Positions 24,870 through 37,974 of a stretch of 64,000 nucleotides of DNA are shown in pieces (positions within the stretch are counted from its first letter, which is position 1; each line of letters begins with the position of its first letter). The notes beneath the pieces are model-generated. The model made no database searches, was not told where the DNA came from, and worked only from the letters and a program-made list of their open reading frames with translations. This DNA comes from Squalus acanthias (lineage: Eukaryota): positions 106,270,001 to 106,334,000 of the forward strand of contig CM059431.1 of the NCBI GenBank assembly GCA_030390025.1. Reading direction: 5' to 3'. The position numbers and the translations under genes are program-made.

Positions 24870-24879
24870 TCAACTCGAG

Positions 24880-25012
24880 TCTAGTTGAATGGCCTGATGT
24901 CATTCACTATCTGGGCTAATCCATGAAGAATAGCTACTTGGGTATGGTACCAGTGAACAGCCAGTAGCCATGGAACTGTACCCCAGCATCAGTCAGTGCC
25001 TTCAGGAAAGAA
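24880..25012 (+). mobile_element. Ancient tRNA-SINE, 3' half
   Basis: CATGAAGAAT..CTACTTGGG...GGAACTGTACCCCAGCA..GTCAGTGCCTTCAGGA; homologous to the 9395 copy. Confidence 0.45.
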
Positions 25013-26302
25013 AGTTTTGAGAATTTGTTTTTTAGATGTCACTGGTCACGTCAGGTGAAAATGAATTGTCAGAAATTAAAAATTCTGGGAACCATTGGTG
25101 CAGTTGTGAACTGGAATAAAAGGCCAATAGGCAAATGTTAATGACTTTTTGCAATCAATGTTGATGACCTGTCGGAGATGCATCTCATATGGACAAGGAA
25201 GTATTTGTATAGACCAACAGTTCTGAAGTGGCATTTGTTTTCAGCTCCTTGTAGTCTCTGTGCATTTAACGACTCAGTCAGTGCGTAGGTGGAGGAGCTG
25301 TTTATTGATGTTTTTCTTCGTTTATCAAATGTACGTGAGTGTACTCTGAGATGTCTGTAATGGCCTTGAACCTGCTCATTACCATAAAAAACAATGCGGC
25401 TCAGAAGTGTTTAACATCAGCAAATGTAAGTTATCAATCACTTGACTGTTGGATGCGTAACAAAGGATTTCTTTGCTTCAGATCATTTCCAAGGTTATAC
25501 TGTCATTCCTGATATGCTTTGTATAACTTTCTCTTTAACCGATCGACAAATAAACTGTTCTAAATACAATTGTGGTACAGTTTTATGTCAGGCGTTCTGC
25601 TATTGAGGAGGGTGTAACTGTGACAGTTACATACCTCTTGACAATTATTTTCTTCAGTGAGCAAATGGGCTAGATTTTTTGTGCTTATCAGGCGCTAGTG
25701 AGTTTAGCATTAATGGTACAGCTGGTAATGTCTGCTGGCACTCATATTTTGCACTTTGCCCTCACAGAAAGGCCAGCGAAACAGGCAAACTGATTACTTT
25801 CTAAGTGGTAAGTCCATTATGATTTGTCTTGCTGTCTTTAGTACTAGGCTCCACCGCCAATTGCTGTCGAGCCTCCTGGTTAGAAACTTCAGTGGCATAG
25901 GATTCCCTGCTGTACATCTCATTGCCATCCCTTTCATACTAAATATCACATTACTGTTGGCTGCATGGAGCAGCCAGGAAGCATAAAATGGTTGTGTTTT
26001 AGGAAGAGGAACGTCTTCTGATGGACTTTTATACCAGCAACTCATCCTGAAAGGGTGGCGGAAACCGATTCAATCGTAACTTTCAAAAGGGAATTGGATA
26101 AATGCTGGGGGGCTAGTCAGTTCTCCCACTGACCTCTTTCCTTTTATGAATCATGAGAGAAAATCAGAAGCTCGAGAGGAGCTTATTGATCTATCTGTGA
26201 CTCTCAGGTCAAAGATCAAGTTACTGTTCCAAGTTACATCCAGTGGATGTTATATGATGGAACTACATTTTCATAAGTAGTAATTGAGTTGTTGAAGACG
26301 AT

Positions 26303-26657
26303 TAGAGGATTTGATAGGGTAGGTAGAGAGGAACTATTTCCGCTGGTGGGGAAGGGGGAGAACAAGGGGGCATAACCTTGAAATTAGAGCTAGGCCGTTC
26401 AGGGGTGATGTCAGGAAGCACTTCTTTACACAAAGGGTAGCGATAATTTAGAACTCTCTCCCCCAAAAAGCTGTTGACGCTGGGGGTCAAATGAAAATTT
26501 CAAAACCGAGATTGATAGATTTTTGTCAGGCAAGGGTATTGAGGGTTACGGACCCAAGGCAGATGGATGGAGTTAAGATACAGATCAGCCATGATCTAAA
26601 TGAATGAAAGTACAAGCTCGAGGGGCTGAATGGCCTCCTCCTGTTCCTATGTTCCTA
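26303..26657 (+). mobile_element. CR1 LINE 3' fragment
   Basis: RGHNLEIRARPF...RKHFFTQRV; tail CCTGTTCCTATGTTCCT. Confidence 0.85.
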
Positions 26658-27262
26658 AAAGTGCCTAACAATCATGTGAGGAACACAACCAACCAGCAAT
26701 TGGCAATCACAATCAGACTAATAAAAATCCCTTGAGACTATGTGCTTTTTCTGCTGGCTACTTAATTAAGTACAGCATTAGGATTCCTGGTAACAAGACA
26801 TGTGTACTCAGTCCTACCAGAAACACTTGGGAGGATATCATTAATTCTACGAGTGGGTCCACCTTGATTACTCACGAGTGACAAAATGGCAAATGAGTTA
26901 CAATCAGTGCTCGAGCAGGATATAAATTGCATCCCACTGCTCTTCACCTTATATCACACTTTATTTGAGTCACTACAATTGAAACGCTATCTGAATAAGC
27001 GTCAAAAAGAACCATTTTAGATCTGTACTGTATTACAGCATGGAAAGTAAATGCTTCAGATATACACTGTCTGGACAATGGACTTTTCCCACTGACGTCA
27101 CTGTGATGCTTGCTTTTTTTTACAAGCTAGGAGAAGGATTCAGGTGTTGTAATGTAGAACACCCCCAGAAAGAAGGGAGTAGAGTTTTTGCTTAGGGTGC
27201 AAATGGAGAGAGAACAGTCATAGAGAGAGAGAACAGTCAGACAGATAGAATAGTCAGAGAGA

Positions 27263-27351
27263 AAAATGAGAAGTCGCACAACACCAGGTTATAGTCCAAC
27301 AGTTTTATTTGAAATCACGAGCTTTCGGAGCGCTGCTCCTTCGTCAGGTAA
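27263..27351 (-). mobile_element. Penelope-like mini-insertion (family A), 89 bp, inside the satellite
   Basis: Near-identical to 7809-7901; flanked by AGTCAGAGAGA on both sides (could be satellite sequence rather than a true TSD). Confidence 0.75.
27315..27351 (-). ncRNA. Minimal hammerhead ribozyme motif
   Basis: UUAC-CUGACGA-A-GGAGC agc GCUCC-GAAA-GC-UC-GUGA; CUC triplet. Confidence 0.75.
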
Positions 27352-30300
27352 AGTCAGAGAGAGAGAGAGAACAGTCAGAGAGAAAGAGAACAGTCAGAGA
27401 GAGATAGAACAGTCAAAGAGAGAGAACGAAAAGTCAGAGAGAGAACAGACAGGGAGAGAGAACAGTCAGAGAGAGAGAGAACAGACAGAGAGAGAACAGT
27501 CAGAGAGAGAGAGAGAGAGAACAGTCAGCGAGAGAGAACAGTCAGAGAGAGAGAGACAACATTCAGAGAGAGAGAACAGTCAGAGAGAGAGAGAACAGTC
27601 AGAGAGAGAGACAACATTCAGAGAGAGAGAGAGAAACAGTCAGAGAGAGAGAACAGTCAAAGAGAGAGAGAGAGAACAGTCAGAGAGAGAGATAACAGTC
27701 AGAGAGAGAGAACAGTCAGAGAGAGAGAACAAACAGGCAGAGAGAGACAACATTCAGAGAGAGAGAGAGAACAGTCAGTGAGAGAAACAGTCAGAGAGAG
27801 AGAGAACAGTCAGAAAGACAGAACGAAAAGTCAGAGAGAGAGAACAGTCAGTGAGAGAGAGAGACAGAGAGAGACAGAGAACAGTCAGAGAGAGACAGAG
27901 AACAGTCAGAGAGAGATAGAGAACAGTCAGAGAGAGAGACAGAGAACAGTCAGAGAGAGAGAGAACAGTCAGAGAGAGACAGAGAACAGTCAGAGAGAGA
28001 GAGAGACAGAGAACAGCCAGATGAAAGAGAGAACAGTCAGAGAGAGAGAGAACAGTCAGGGAGAGAGAGAGAACAGTCAGGAGAGAGCAGAGAGACAGAG
28101 AAAAGTCAGAGAGAGAGAGAGAGACAGAGAACAGTCAGAGAGAGAGAGAACAGTCAGAGAGAGAGAGAGAACAGTCAGAGAGAGAGAGAGACAGAGAAAA
28201 GTCAGAGAGAGACAGAGAACAGTCAGAGAGAGAGAGAGACAGAGAACAGTCAGAGAGAGAGAGAACAGTCAGAGAGAGAGAGACAGAGAACAGTCAGAGA
28301 GAGAGAGAACAGTCAGAGAGAGAGAGAGACAGAGAACAGTCAGAGAGAGAGAGACAGAGAACAGCCAGAGAGAAACAGAGAACAGTCAGAGAGAGACAGA
28401 GAACAGCCAGAGAGACAGAGAACAGTCAGAGAGAGAGGGAACAGTCAGAGAGAGAGAGAACAGTCAGAGAGAGAGAGAGAGAACAGTCAGAGAGAGAGAA
28501 ACAGTCAGAGAGAGAGAGAGGGAACAGTCAGAGAGAGAGAGAGAGACAGTCAGAGAGAGAGAGAGAGAGAGAGAGAACAGTCAGAGAGCGAACAGTCAGA
28601 GAGAGAGAGAGAACAGTCAGAGAGAGAGAAACAGTCAGAGAGAGAGAACAGTCAGAGAGAGAGAGAACAGTCAGAGAGAAAGAACAGTCAGAGAGAGAGA
28701 GAGAGAGAACAGTCCAGAGAGAGAGAGAGAGAGAACAGTCAGAGAGAGAGGAACAGTCAGAGAGAGAGAGGAACAGTCAGAGAGAGAGACAGTCAGAGAG
28801 AGAGAGAGAACAGTCAGAGCGAGAGGGAACAGTCAGAGAGAGAGAGAGAACAGTCAGAGAGAGAGAGAGAGAGAGAGAGAACAGTCAGAGAGAGAGAGAA
28901 CAGTCAGAGAGAGAGAGAGAGAACAGTCAGAGAGAGAGAGGGAACAGTCAGAGAGAGAGAGAAACAGTCAGAGAGAGAGAGAACAGTCAGAGAGAGAGAG
29001 AGAACAGTCAGAGAGAGAGAGAGAGAACAGTCAGAGAGAGAGAACAGTCAGAGAGAGAAGTCAGAGAGAGAGAGAGAGAACAGTCAGAGAGAGAGAACAG
29101 TCAGAGAGAGAGAAAGAGAACAGTCAGAGAGAGAGAGAGAGAGAACAGTCAGAGAGAGAGAGAGAACAGTCAGAGAGAGAGAGAGAGAACAGTCAGAGAG
29201 AGAGACAACATTCAGAGAGAGAGAGAACAGTCAGAGAGAGAGAGAGAGAACAGTCAGAGAGAGAGAGAGAACAGTCAGAGAGAGAGAGAGAACAGTCAGA
29301 GAGAGAGAGAGAACATTCAGAGAGAGAGAGAGAACATTCAGAGAGAGAGAGAGAGAACAGTCAGTGAGAGAGAGAACAGTCAGAAAGACAGAACGAAAAG
29401 TCAGAGAGAGAGAACAGTCAGTGAGAGAGAGAGACAGAGAACAGTCAGAGAGAGAGAGAGACAGAGAACAGCCAGAGAGAGAGAGAGAACAGTCAGGGAG
29501 AGAGAGAACAGTCAGGGAGAGAGAGAGAACAGTCAGAGAGAGAGAAAGACAGAGAACAGTCAGAGAGAGAGAGAGAGAGAACAGCCAGAGAGAGAGAGAA
29601 CAGTCAGAGAGAGAGAAAGACAGAGAACAGTCAGAGAGAGAGAGAGACAGAGAACAGTCAGAGAGAGAGAGAGAGACAGAGAACAGCCAGAGAGAGAGAG
29701 AACAGTCAGAGAGAGACAGAGAACAGTCAGAGAGAGAGAGAGACAGAGAACAGTCAGAGAGAGACAGAGAACAGTCAGAGAGAGAGAGAGACAGAGAACA
29801 GTCAGAGAGAGAGAGAACAGTCAGAGAGAGAGAGACAGAGAACAGTCAGAGAGAGAGAGAACAGTCAGAGAGAGAGAGAGACAGAGAACAGTCAGAGAGA
29901 GAGAGACAGAGAACAGCCAAAGAGAAACAGAGAACAGTCAGAGAGAGACAGAGAACAGCCAGAGAGACAGAGAACAGTCAGAGAGAGAGGGAACAGTCAG
30001 AGAGAGAGAGAACAGTCAGAGAGAGAGAGAGAGAACAGTCAGAGAGAGAGAAACAGTCAGAGAGAGAGAGAGGGAACAGTCAGAGAGAGAGAGAGAGACA
30101 GTCAGAGAGAGAGAGAGAGAGAGAGAACAGTCAGAGAGCGAACAGTCAGAGAGAGAGAGAGAACAGTCAGAGAGAGAGAAACAGTCAGGGAGAGAGAGAA
30201 CAGTCAGAGAGAGAGAGAACAGTCAGAGAGAAAGAACAGTCAGAGAGAGAGAGAGAGAGAACAGCCAGAGAGAGAGAGAGAGAGAACAGTCAGAGAGAGA

Positions 30301-33300
30301 GGGAACAGTCAGAGAGAGAGGGAACAGTCAGAGAGAGAGACAGTCAGAGAGAGAGAGAGAACAGTCAGAGAGAGAGGGAACAGTCAGAGAGAGAGAGAGA
30401 ACAGTCAGAGAGAGAGAGAGAGAGAGAGAACAGTCAGAGAGAGAGAGAGAACAGTCAGAGAGAGAGAGAAACAGTCAGAGAGAGAGAGAACAGTCAGAGA
30501 GAGAGAGAGAGAACAGTCAGAGAGAGAGAGAGAGAACAGTCAGAGAGAGAGAACAGTCAGAGAGAGAAGTCAGAGAGAGAGAGAGAGAACAGTCAGAGAG
30601 AGAGAACAGTCAGAGAGAGAGAGAGAAACAGTCAGAGAGAGAGAGAGAGAGAACAGTCAGAGAGAGAGAGAGAACAGTCAGAGAGAGAGAGAGAGAACAG
30701 TCAGAGAGAGAGAGAGAACAGTCAGAGAGAGAGAGAACAGTCAGAGAGAGAGAACAGTCAGAGAGAGAGAGAACAGTCAGAGAGAGAGAGAACAGTCAGA
30801 GAGAGAGAGAACAGTCAGAGAGAGAGAGAGAACAGTCAGAGAGAGAGAGAGAACAGTCAGAGAGAGAGAGAGAACAGTCAGAGAGAGAGAGAGAACAGTC
30901 AGAGAGAGAGAGAGAACAGTCAGAGAGAGAGAGAAACAGTCAGAGAGAGAGAGAAACAGTCAGAGAGAGAGAGAGAACAGTCAGAGAGAGAGAGAGAGAA
31001 CAGTCAGAGAGAGAGAGGAAACAGTCAGAGAGAGAGAGAGAGAACAGTCAGAGAGAGAGAGAACAGTCAGAGAGAGAGAGAACAGTCAGAGAGAGAGAGA
31101 GAACAGTCAGAGAGAGAGAGAGAACAGTCAGAGAGAGAGAGAGAGAGAACAGTCAGAGAGAGAGAGAGAGACAGTCAGAGAGAGAGAACAGTCAGAGAGA
31201 GAGAGAGAACAGTCAGAGAGAGAGAACAGTCAGAGAGAGAGAGAGAACAGTCAGAGAGAGAGAGAGAATAGTCAGAGAGAGAGAGAGAACAGTCAGAGAG
31301 AGAGAGAACAGTCAGAGAGAGAGAGAGAGAACAGTCAGAGAGAGAGAGAGAACAGTCAGGAGAGAGAGAGAGAACAGTCAGAGAGAGAGAGAGATGAGAA
31401 CAGTCAGAGAGAGAGAAACAGTCAGAGAGAGAGAGAACAGTCAGAGAGAGAGAGAGAAACAGTCAGAGAGAGAACAGTCAGAGAGAGAGAGAGAACAGTC
31501 AGAGAGAGAGAGAGAAACAGTCAGAGAGAGAGAGAGAGAGAGAGAACAGTCAGAGAGAGAGGAACAGTCAGAGAGAGAGAGAGAAAGTCAGAGAGAGAGA
31601 GAGAGAGAGAGAACAGTCAGAGAGAGAGAACAGTCGAGAGAGAGAAAGTCAGAGAGATGAGAACAGTCAGAGAGAGAGAGAATAGTCAGAGAGAGAGAGA
31701 GAACAGTCAGAGAGAGAGAAAGAATAGTCAGAGAGAGAGAGAGAGAATAGTCAGAGAGAGAGAACAGTCAGAGAGAGAGGAGAATAGTCAGAGAGAGAGA
31801 GAGAACAGTCAGAGAGAGAGAGAATAGTCAGAGAGAGAGAGAGATGAGAACAGTCAGAGAGAAGAGAGAACAGTCAGGAGAGAGAGAGAGAGAAACAGTC
31901 AAGAGAGAGAGAGAGAACAGTAGAGAGAGAGAGAGAGACAGTCAGAGAGAGAGAGAACAGTCAGAGAGAGAGAGAGAACAGTCAGAGAGAGAGAGAGAGA
32001 GAACAGAGAGAGAGAGAACAGTCAGAGAGAGAGAGAGAACAGTCAGAGAGAGAGAGAGAACAGTCAGGAGAAGAGAGAGAGAAGAACAGTCAGAGAGAGA
32101 GAGAACAGTCAGAGGAATGGAGAGAACAGTCAGAGAGAGAGAGAGAATAGTCAGAGAGAGAGAGAGAGAACAGTCAGAGAGAGAGAGAACAGTCAGAGAG
32201 AGAGAACAGTCAGAGAGAGAGAGAGAACAGTCAGAGAGGGAGAGAGAGAACAGTCAGAGAGAGAAACAGTCAGAGAGAGAGAGAGAGAACAGTCAGAGAG
32301 AGAGAGAGAGAACAGTCAGAGAGAGAGAGAACAGTCAGAGAGAGAGAAACAGTCAGAGAGAGAGAACAGTCAGAGAGAGAGAGTGAGAACAGTCAGAGAG
32401 AGAGAGAACAGTCAGAGAGAGAGAGAGAGAACAGTCAAGAGAGAGAGAGAGAGAACAGTCAGAGAGAGAGAACAGTCAGAGAGAGAGAGAGAACAGTCAG
32501 AGGGAGAGAGAGAGAGAACAGTCAGAGAGAGAGAGAACAGTCAGAGAGAGAGAGAGAGAACAGTCAGAGAGAGAGAAACAGTCAGAGAGAGAGAGAGAGA
32601 ACAGTCAGAGAGAGAGAGAACAGTCAGAGAGAGAGAGAGAGAACAGTCAGAGAGAGAGAGAGAGAGAACAGTCAGAGAGAGAGAGAACAGTCAGAGAGAG
32701 AGAGAGAGAACAGTCAGAGAGAGAGAGAGAGAGAGAACAGTCAGAGAGAGAGAGAGAACAGTCAGAGAGAGAGAGAGAGAGAACAGTCAGAGAGAGAGAG
32801 AGAACAGTCAGAGAGAGAGAGAGAGAACAGTCAGAGAGAGAGAGAGAGAGAACAGTCAGAGAGAGAGAAACAGTCAGAGAGAGAGAAACAGTCAGAGAGA
32901 GAGAGAACAGTCAGAGAGAGAGAGAGAAACAGTCAGAGAGAGAACAGTCAGAGAGAGAGAGAGAACAGTCAGAGAGAGAGAGAGAAACAGTCAGAGAGAG
33001 AGAGAGAGAGAGAACAGTCAGAGAGAGAGGGAACAGTCAGAGAGAGAGAGAGAAAGTCAGAGAGAGAGAGAGAGAACAGTCAGAGAGAGAGAACAGTCAG
33101 AGAGAGAGAGAAAGTCAGAGAGAGAGAACAGTCAGAGAGAGAGAGAATAGTCAGAGAGAGAGAGAGAACAGTCAGAGAGAGAGAAAGAATAGTCAGAGAG
33201 AGAGAGAGAGAATAGTCAGAGAGAGAGAACAGTCAGAGAGAGAGAGAATAGTCAGAGAGAGAGAGAGAACAGTCAGAGAGAGAGAGAGAATAGTCAGAGA

Positions 33301-35744
33301 GAGAGAGAGAGAGAACAGTCAGAGAGAGAGAGAGAACAGTCAGAGAGAGAGAGAGAGAACAGTCAGAGAGAGAGAGAGAACAGTCAGAGAGAGAGAGAGA
33401 GAACAGTCAGAGAGAGAGAGAACAGTCAGAGAGAGAGAGAACAGTCAGAGAGAGAGAGAGAGAACAGTCAGAGAGAGAGAGAGAACAGTCAGAGAGAGAG
33501 AGAGAGAACAGTCAGAGAGAGAGAGAGAACAGTCAGAGAGAGAGAGAGAGAACAGTCAGAGAGAGAGAGAACAGTCAGAGAGAGAGAGAGAACAGTCAGA
33601 GAGAGAGAGAAACAGTCAGAGAGAGAGAGAACAGTCAGAGAGAGAGAGAGAAACAGTCAGAGAGAGAGAGAGAAACAGTCAGAGAGAGAGGGAACAGTCA
33701 GAGAGAGAGAGAGAGAACAGTCAGAGAGAGAGAGAACAGTCAGAGAGAGAGAGAGAATAGTCAGAGAGAGAGAGAGAACAGTCAGAGAGAGAGAGAACAG
33801 TCAGAGAGAGAGAACAGTCAGAGAGAGAGAACAGTCAGAGAGAGAGAGAGAGAGAACAGTCAGAGAGAAAAACAGTCAGAGAGAGAGAGAGAGAACAGTC
33901 AGAGAGAGAAACAGTCAGAGAGAGAGAGAGAGAACAGTCAGAGAGAGAGAGAGAACAGTCAGAGAGAGAGAAACAGTCAGAGAGAGAGAACAGTCAGAGA
34001 GAGAGAGAGAGAACAGTCAGAGAGAGAGAGAACAGTCAGAGAGAGAGAGAGAGAACAGTCAAGAGAGAGAGAGAGAGAACAGTCAGAGAGAGAGAACAGT
34101 CAGAGAGAGAGAGAACAGTCAGAGAGAGAGAGAGAGAGAGAACAGTCAGAGAGAGAGAGAACAGTCAGAGAGAGAGAGAGAGAACAGTCAGAGAGAGAGA
34201 AACAGTCAGAGAGAGAGAGAGAGAGAACAGTCAGAGAGAGAGAGAACAGTCAGAGAGAGAGAGAGAACAGTCAGAGAGAGAGAGAGAGAGAGAACAGTCA
34301 GAGAGAGAGAGAACAGTCAGAGAGAGAGAGAGAACAGTCAGAGAGAGAGAGAGAGAGAACAGTCAGAGAGAGAGAGAGAGAACAGTCAGAGAGAGAGAGA
34401 GAGAGAACAGTCAGAGAGAGAGAGCAGTCAGAGAGAGAGAGAGAGAACAGTCAGAGAGAGAGAGAGAACAGTCAGAGAGAGAGAGAGAGAGAGAACAGTC
34501 AGAGAGAGAGAGAGAGAGAACAGTCAGAGAGAGAGAGAGAGAGAACAGTCAGAGAGAGAGAGAGAGAACAGTCAGAGAGAGAGAGAGAGAGAACAGCCAC
34601 AGAGGGAGAGAACAGTCAGAGAGAGAGAGAGAGAGAACAGTCAGAGAGAGAGAGAGAGAACAGTCAGAGAGAGAGAGAAGAGAACAGTCAGAGAGAGAGA
34701 GAGAGAACAGTCAGAGAGAGAGAGAAGTGAACAGTCAGAGAGAGAGAGAGAGAGAACAGTCAGAGAGAGAGAGAGAACAGTCAGAGAGAGAGAGAGAGAG
34801 AACAGTCAGACAGAGAGCAAGTATGCTCAAAATTGTGCTGGTTTTCAGAAGTGGTTTTTTATCCCTCAATTTTCCGCTCAAGCTCATTTGCATATCGCCG
34901 AATGCAAAATCTTCCATGAACCCGCACAATCGGGCAACGTTTCAGAAGTCATTTTAATATTTTTTTTCCAATTCTTAAGCAAAAGTAGCTTTGCGATCCA
35001 AGAAGCCACTTTTGCCCATTAAGAGAAATGCCATTCCAAAGTGTTCCGGACCATTCTAACTCCTGGCCCACTGTATGTGTTACTATCCTCATAAGCAATG
35101 GAGGCGATTCTGTTATTTAATGAGCTCCTGTACGTTTGCTGTCTGTTCAGGTTTAAACGACACGTCATTTTGCATTCGCAAAGTCTCAGTCTGTAAATCT
35201 CCCCACACAGTGGCTGCTGGCTGTCATTTTGTAAAGGCTCTGCTAGCTTCTGCTATTAGATGATAATCCTGTAATGTTAGGTACAGCATTGCACTGATTA
35301 TACACAAATAACAACTGAACCATTAAAATGACTGATTTGTTGCAGTGAGTGAGAAATAATACAAGTGATATTTTCTAGCTTCATTGAATTCTGGCATCCA
35401 GCATCACAAATTTAAATAGCTACTGTACTTAATTAAGCATCACATATTTTAAAAAAAAACTCTGGCTATATCCTTGCCACTACTGCTAGGTGTATTGGTT
35501 AGCCAAAAGGAAAAGCTCTGTACATCTGAAACAAATTCACTAGGAGAAGGAAATTCCACAAACCGTGCCGAAAAATATTTCTAAAGTGATTAGTAACAAT
35601 TTGCATAGATTGTGTTGAGGTGGTAGATGGGAGAGTCTAATGTTAGCAGCAAAGAAGGAAAAAAAGAACTTGCATTTCTATAGCGCCTTTCACATTCTCA
35701 GGATCTCACGTCCCAAAGCGCTTTACAGCCAATTAAGTACTTAT

Positions 35745-36686
35745 CTTGTGCCTCCATAAACTTGAGCTCGTCCAAAGCTCGGCTGCCCGTGTCCTGACTC
35801 GCACCAAGTCCCGTTCAACCATCACCCCTGCGCTCGCTGACCTGCATTGGCTCCCAGTTAAGCAACGCCTCGATTATAAAATTTGCATCATAGAAACATA
35901 GAAACATAGAATCTAGGAGCAGGAGTAGGCCATTCGGCCCGTCGAGCCTGCTCCGCCATTCAATACGATCATGGCTGATCATCCAAATCCAGTACCCTGT
36001 CCCTGCATTTAATCCCCACAGTACTCATATCCCACCCTACCCCCGTAACCCCATGTATTTAATTCCCCCTAACATATCCCATCCTATCCCCATAACCCCA
36101 CATATTTAATCCCCCCTAACACTAAGGGTCAATTTATCATAGCCAAATCAACCTAACCCACACATTTTTGGACTGTGGGAGGAAACCGGAGCACCCGGAG
36201 GAAACCCACGCAGACACGGGGAGAATGTGCAAACTCCACACAGACAGTCACCCGAGGTCAGATTCGAACCCGGGTCTCTGGCGCTGTGAGGCTCCAGTGC
36301 TAACCACTATGCCACCGTGTTGCCCTTCAGTGTTTACAAATCCCTCCATGGCCTCTCCCCACCCTATCTTTGTAACCTCTTCCAACCCTCCGAGATCTCT
36401 GCGCTCTTCCAATTCTGGCCTCTTGACCATCCCTGATTTTAACCGCTCCACCATTGGCGGCCGTGCCTTCAGCTGCCGAGGCCCTAAGCTCTGGAATTCC
36501 CCTCCTAAACCTCTCCAACTCTCTACCTCTCTTTCTTCTTTTAAGACGCTCCTTAAAACCTACTTCTGCCTTACTATCCCCTTATGTGGCACTGGTGTCA
36601 AACTTTGTTGGATAAAGCTCCTGTAAAGCGCCTTGATACGTTTTACTATGTTAATGGTGTTACATAAATGCAAGTTGTTGTTGTTT
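35745..36686 (+). mobile_element. L2 LINE 3' fragment interrupted by a V-SINE
   Basis: ARVLTRTK...TITPALADLHWLPV before the insert; RSLRSSNSGLL...WNS after it; (GTT)n tail. Confidence 0.85.
35889..36325 (-). mobile_element. V-SINE (HE1-like) with CR1-derived tail
   Basis: tRNA head GGGCAACACGGTGGCATAGTGGTTAGC..GGTTCGAATC; V domain GTGTGGAGTTTGCACATTCTCCCCGTGTCTGCGTGGGTTTCCTCCGGGTGCTCCGG; internal tandem repeats 36005-36120; tail matches CR1 3' UTR. Confidence 0.88.
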
Positions 36687-36690
36687 CTGT

Positions 36691-37648
36691 TGATCTAGAC
36701 TTGAATATAGAGGGTATGATTAAGAAGTTTGCAGATGATACTAAAATCGGCTGTGTGGTTGATACTGAAGAAGGAAGCTGTAGACTGCAGGAAGATATCA
36801 ATACATTGGTCAGGTGGGCAGAACAGTGGCAAATGGAATTCAATCCAGAGAAGCGTGAGGTAATGCATTTGGGGAGGGCTAACAAGGAAAGGGAATACAC
36901 ATTAAATGGTAGGACACTGAGTAGTGTAGAGGAACAAAGGGACCTTGGAGTGCATGTCCACAGATCCCTGAAGATAGCAGGGCAGGTAGATAAAGTGGTT
37001 AAGAAGGCATACAGAATGCTTGCCTTTATTAGCCGTGGCATAGAATACAAGAGCAGGGGGTTATGCTTCAACTGTATAAAACACTAGTTAGGCCTCAGCT
37101 AGAGTACCCGTGCAGTTCTGGTCACCACATTACAGGAAAGACGTGATTGCACTAGAGAGGGTACAGAGGAGATTTACAAGGATGTTGCCGGGAGTAGAGA
37201 ATCTTAGCTATGAGGAAAGACTGGATAGGCTGGGTTTGTTTTCCTTGGAACAGACGAGGCTGAGGGGAGACCTTATTGAGGTGGATAAAATTATGAGGGG
37301 CCCAGATAAAGTGGATAGAAAGTACCTATTTCCCTTAGCAGAGGGGTCAAAAACCAGGGGGCACAGATTTAAAGTAATTGGTGGAAGGTTTAGAGGGGAT
37401 TTGAGGGGAAATTTCTTCACCCAGAGGGTTGTGGGGGTGTGGAACTCACTGCCTGAAAGGGTGGTAGAGGCAGGAACCCTAACCACATTTAAAAAGTACT
37501 CGGATGTGCACTTGGGATGCTGTAACCTGCAGGGCTACAGATCAAGAGCTGGGAAGTGAGATTAGGCTGGATAGCTCTTTGTTGGCCGGCGCGGACACGA
37601 TGGGCCGAAATGGCCTCCTTCTGTGTGATAACTTTCTATGATTCTATG
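36691..37648 (+). mobile_element. CR1 LINE, 5'-truncated, frameshifted RT
   Basis: KFADDTK motif in ORF 36668-37087; continues in ORF 37110-37559; TTCTATG tail. Confidence 0.92.
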
Positions 37649-37974
37649 TAATGTAGGAAACAGAGCGGCTTTTATACTACTGCTGTTTTGCTTCAATTTC
37701 TAGCACCCTAGCCTCCGTGAGGCAGCTGTTGGTGTTTTACATCTGGCTCCCTTCTCCCCAGCAGCAGACTTGTGGACCCACGAGAGAACTTGGTGTACGA
37801 TTCTGCTGCTGGAAGAAAAGAACTGGATTCAAAAGTTTAAAAGCTGGCTTCTGGACCCGTCTACCGACATCAACGAGCCGAGTGCCAGTGGCTGTACAGT
37901 CGTCGGTACTAAACAGCAAGCACTAGGAGTACCTGAGTCAGCCAAGTGGGCTTTCCAAGTGGGCTTTAAACATA

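Larger units (their letters stand above)
27206..34817 (+). repeat. 7.6-kb satellite, unit (GA)n-ACAGTCA of about 13-30 bp
   Basis: Hundreds of AACAGTCAGAGAGAG units directly visible. Confidence 0.98.

Noticed and set aside
25768..25807. 40-nt plus-strand segment between CAG and GTAAGT
   Set aside because: Good splice signals but no recognisable peptide and no partner exons; expected by chance in 64 kb.
27266..33150. Long R/E-rich ORFs of 171-635 aa
   Set aside because: Translations of the (GA)n-ACAGTCA satellite, which lacks stop codons on the + strand by composition.
27206..34817. CRISPR-like repeat-spacer array
   Set aside because: The apparent spacers are only variable (GA)n; no cas genes; vertebrate context.
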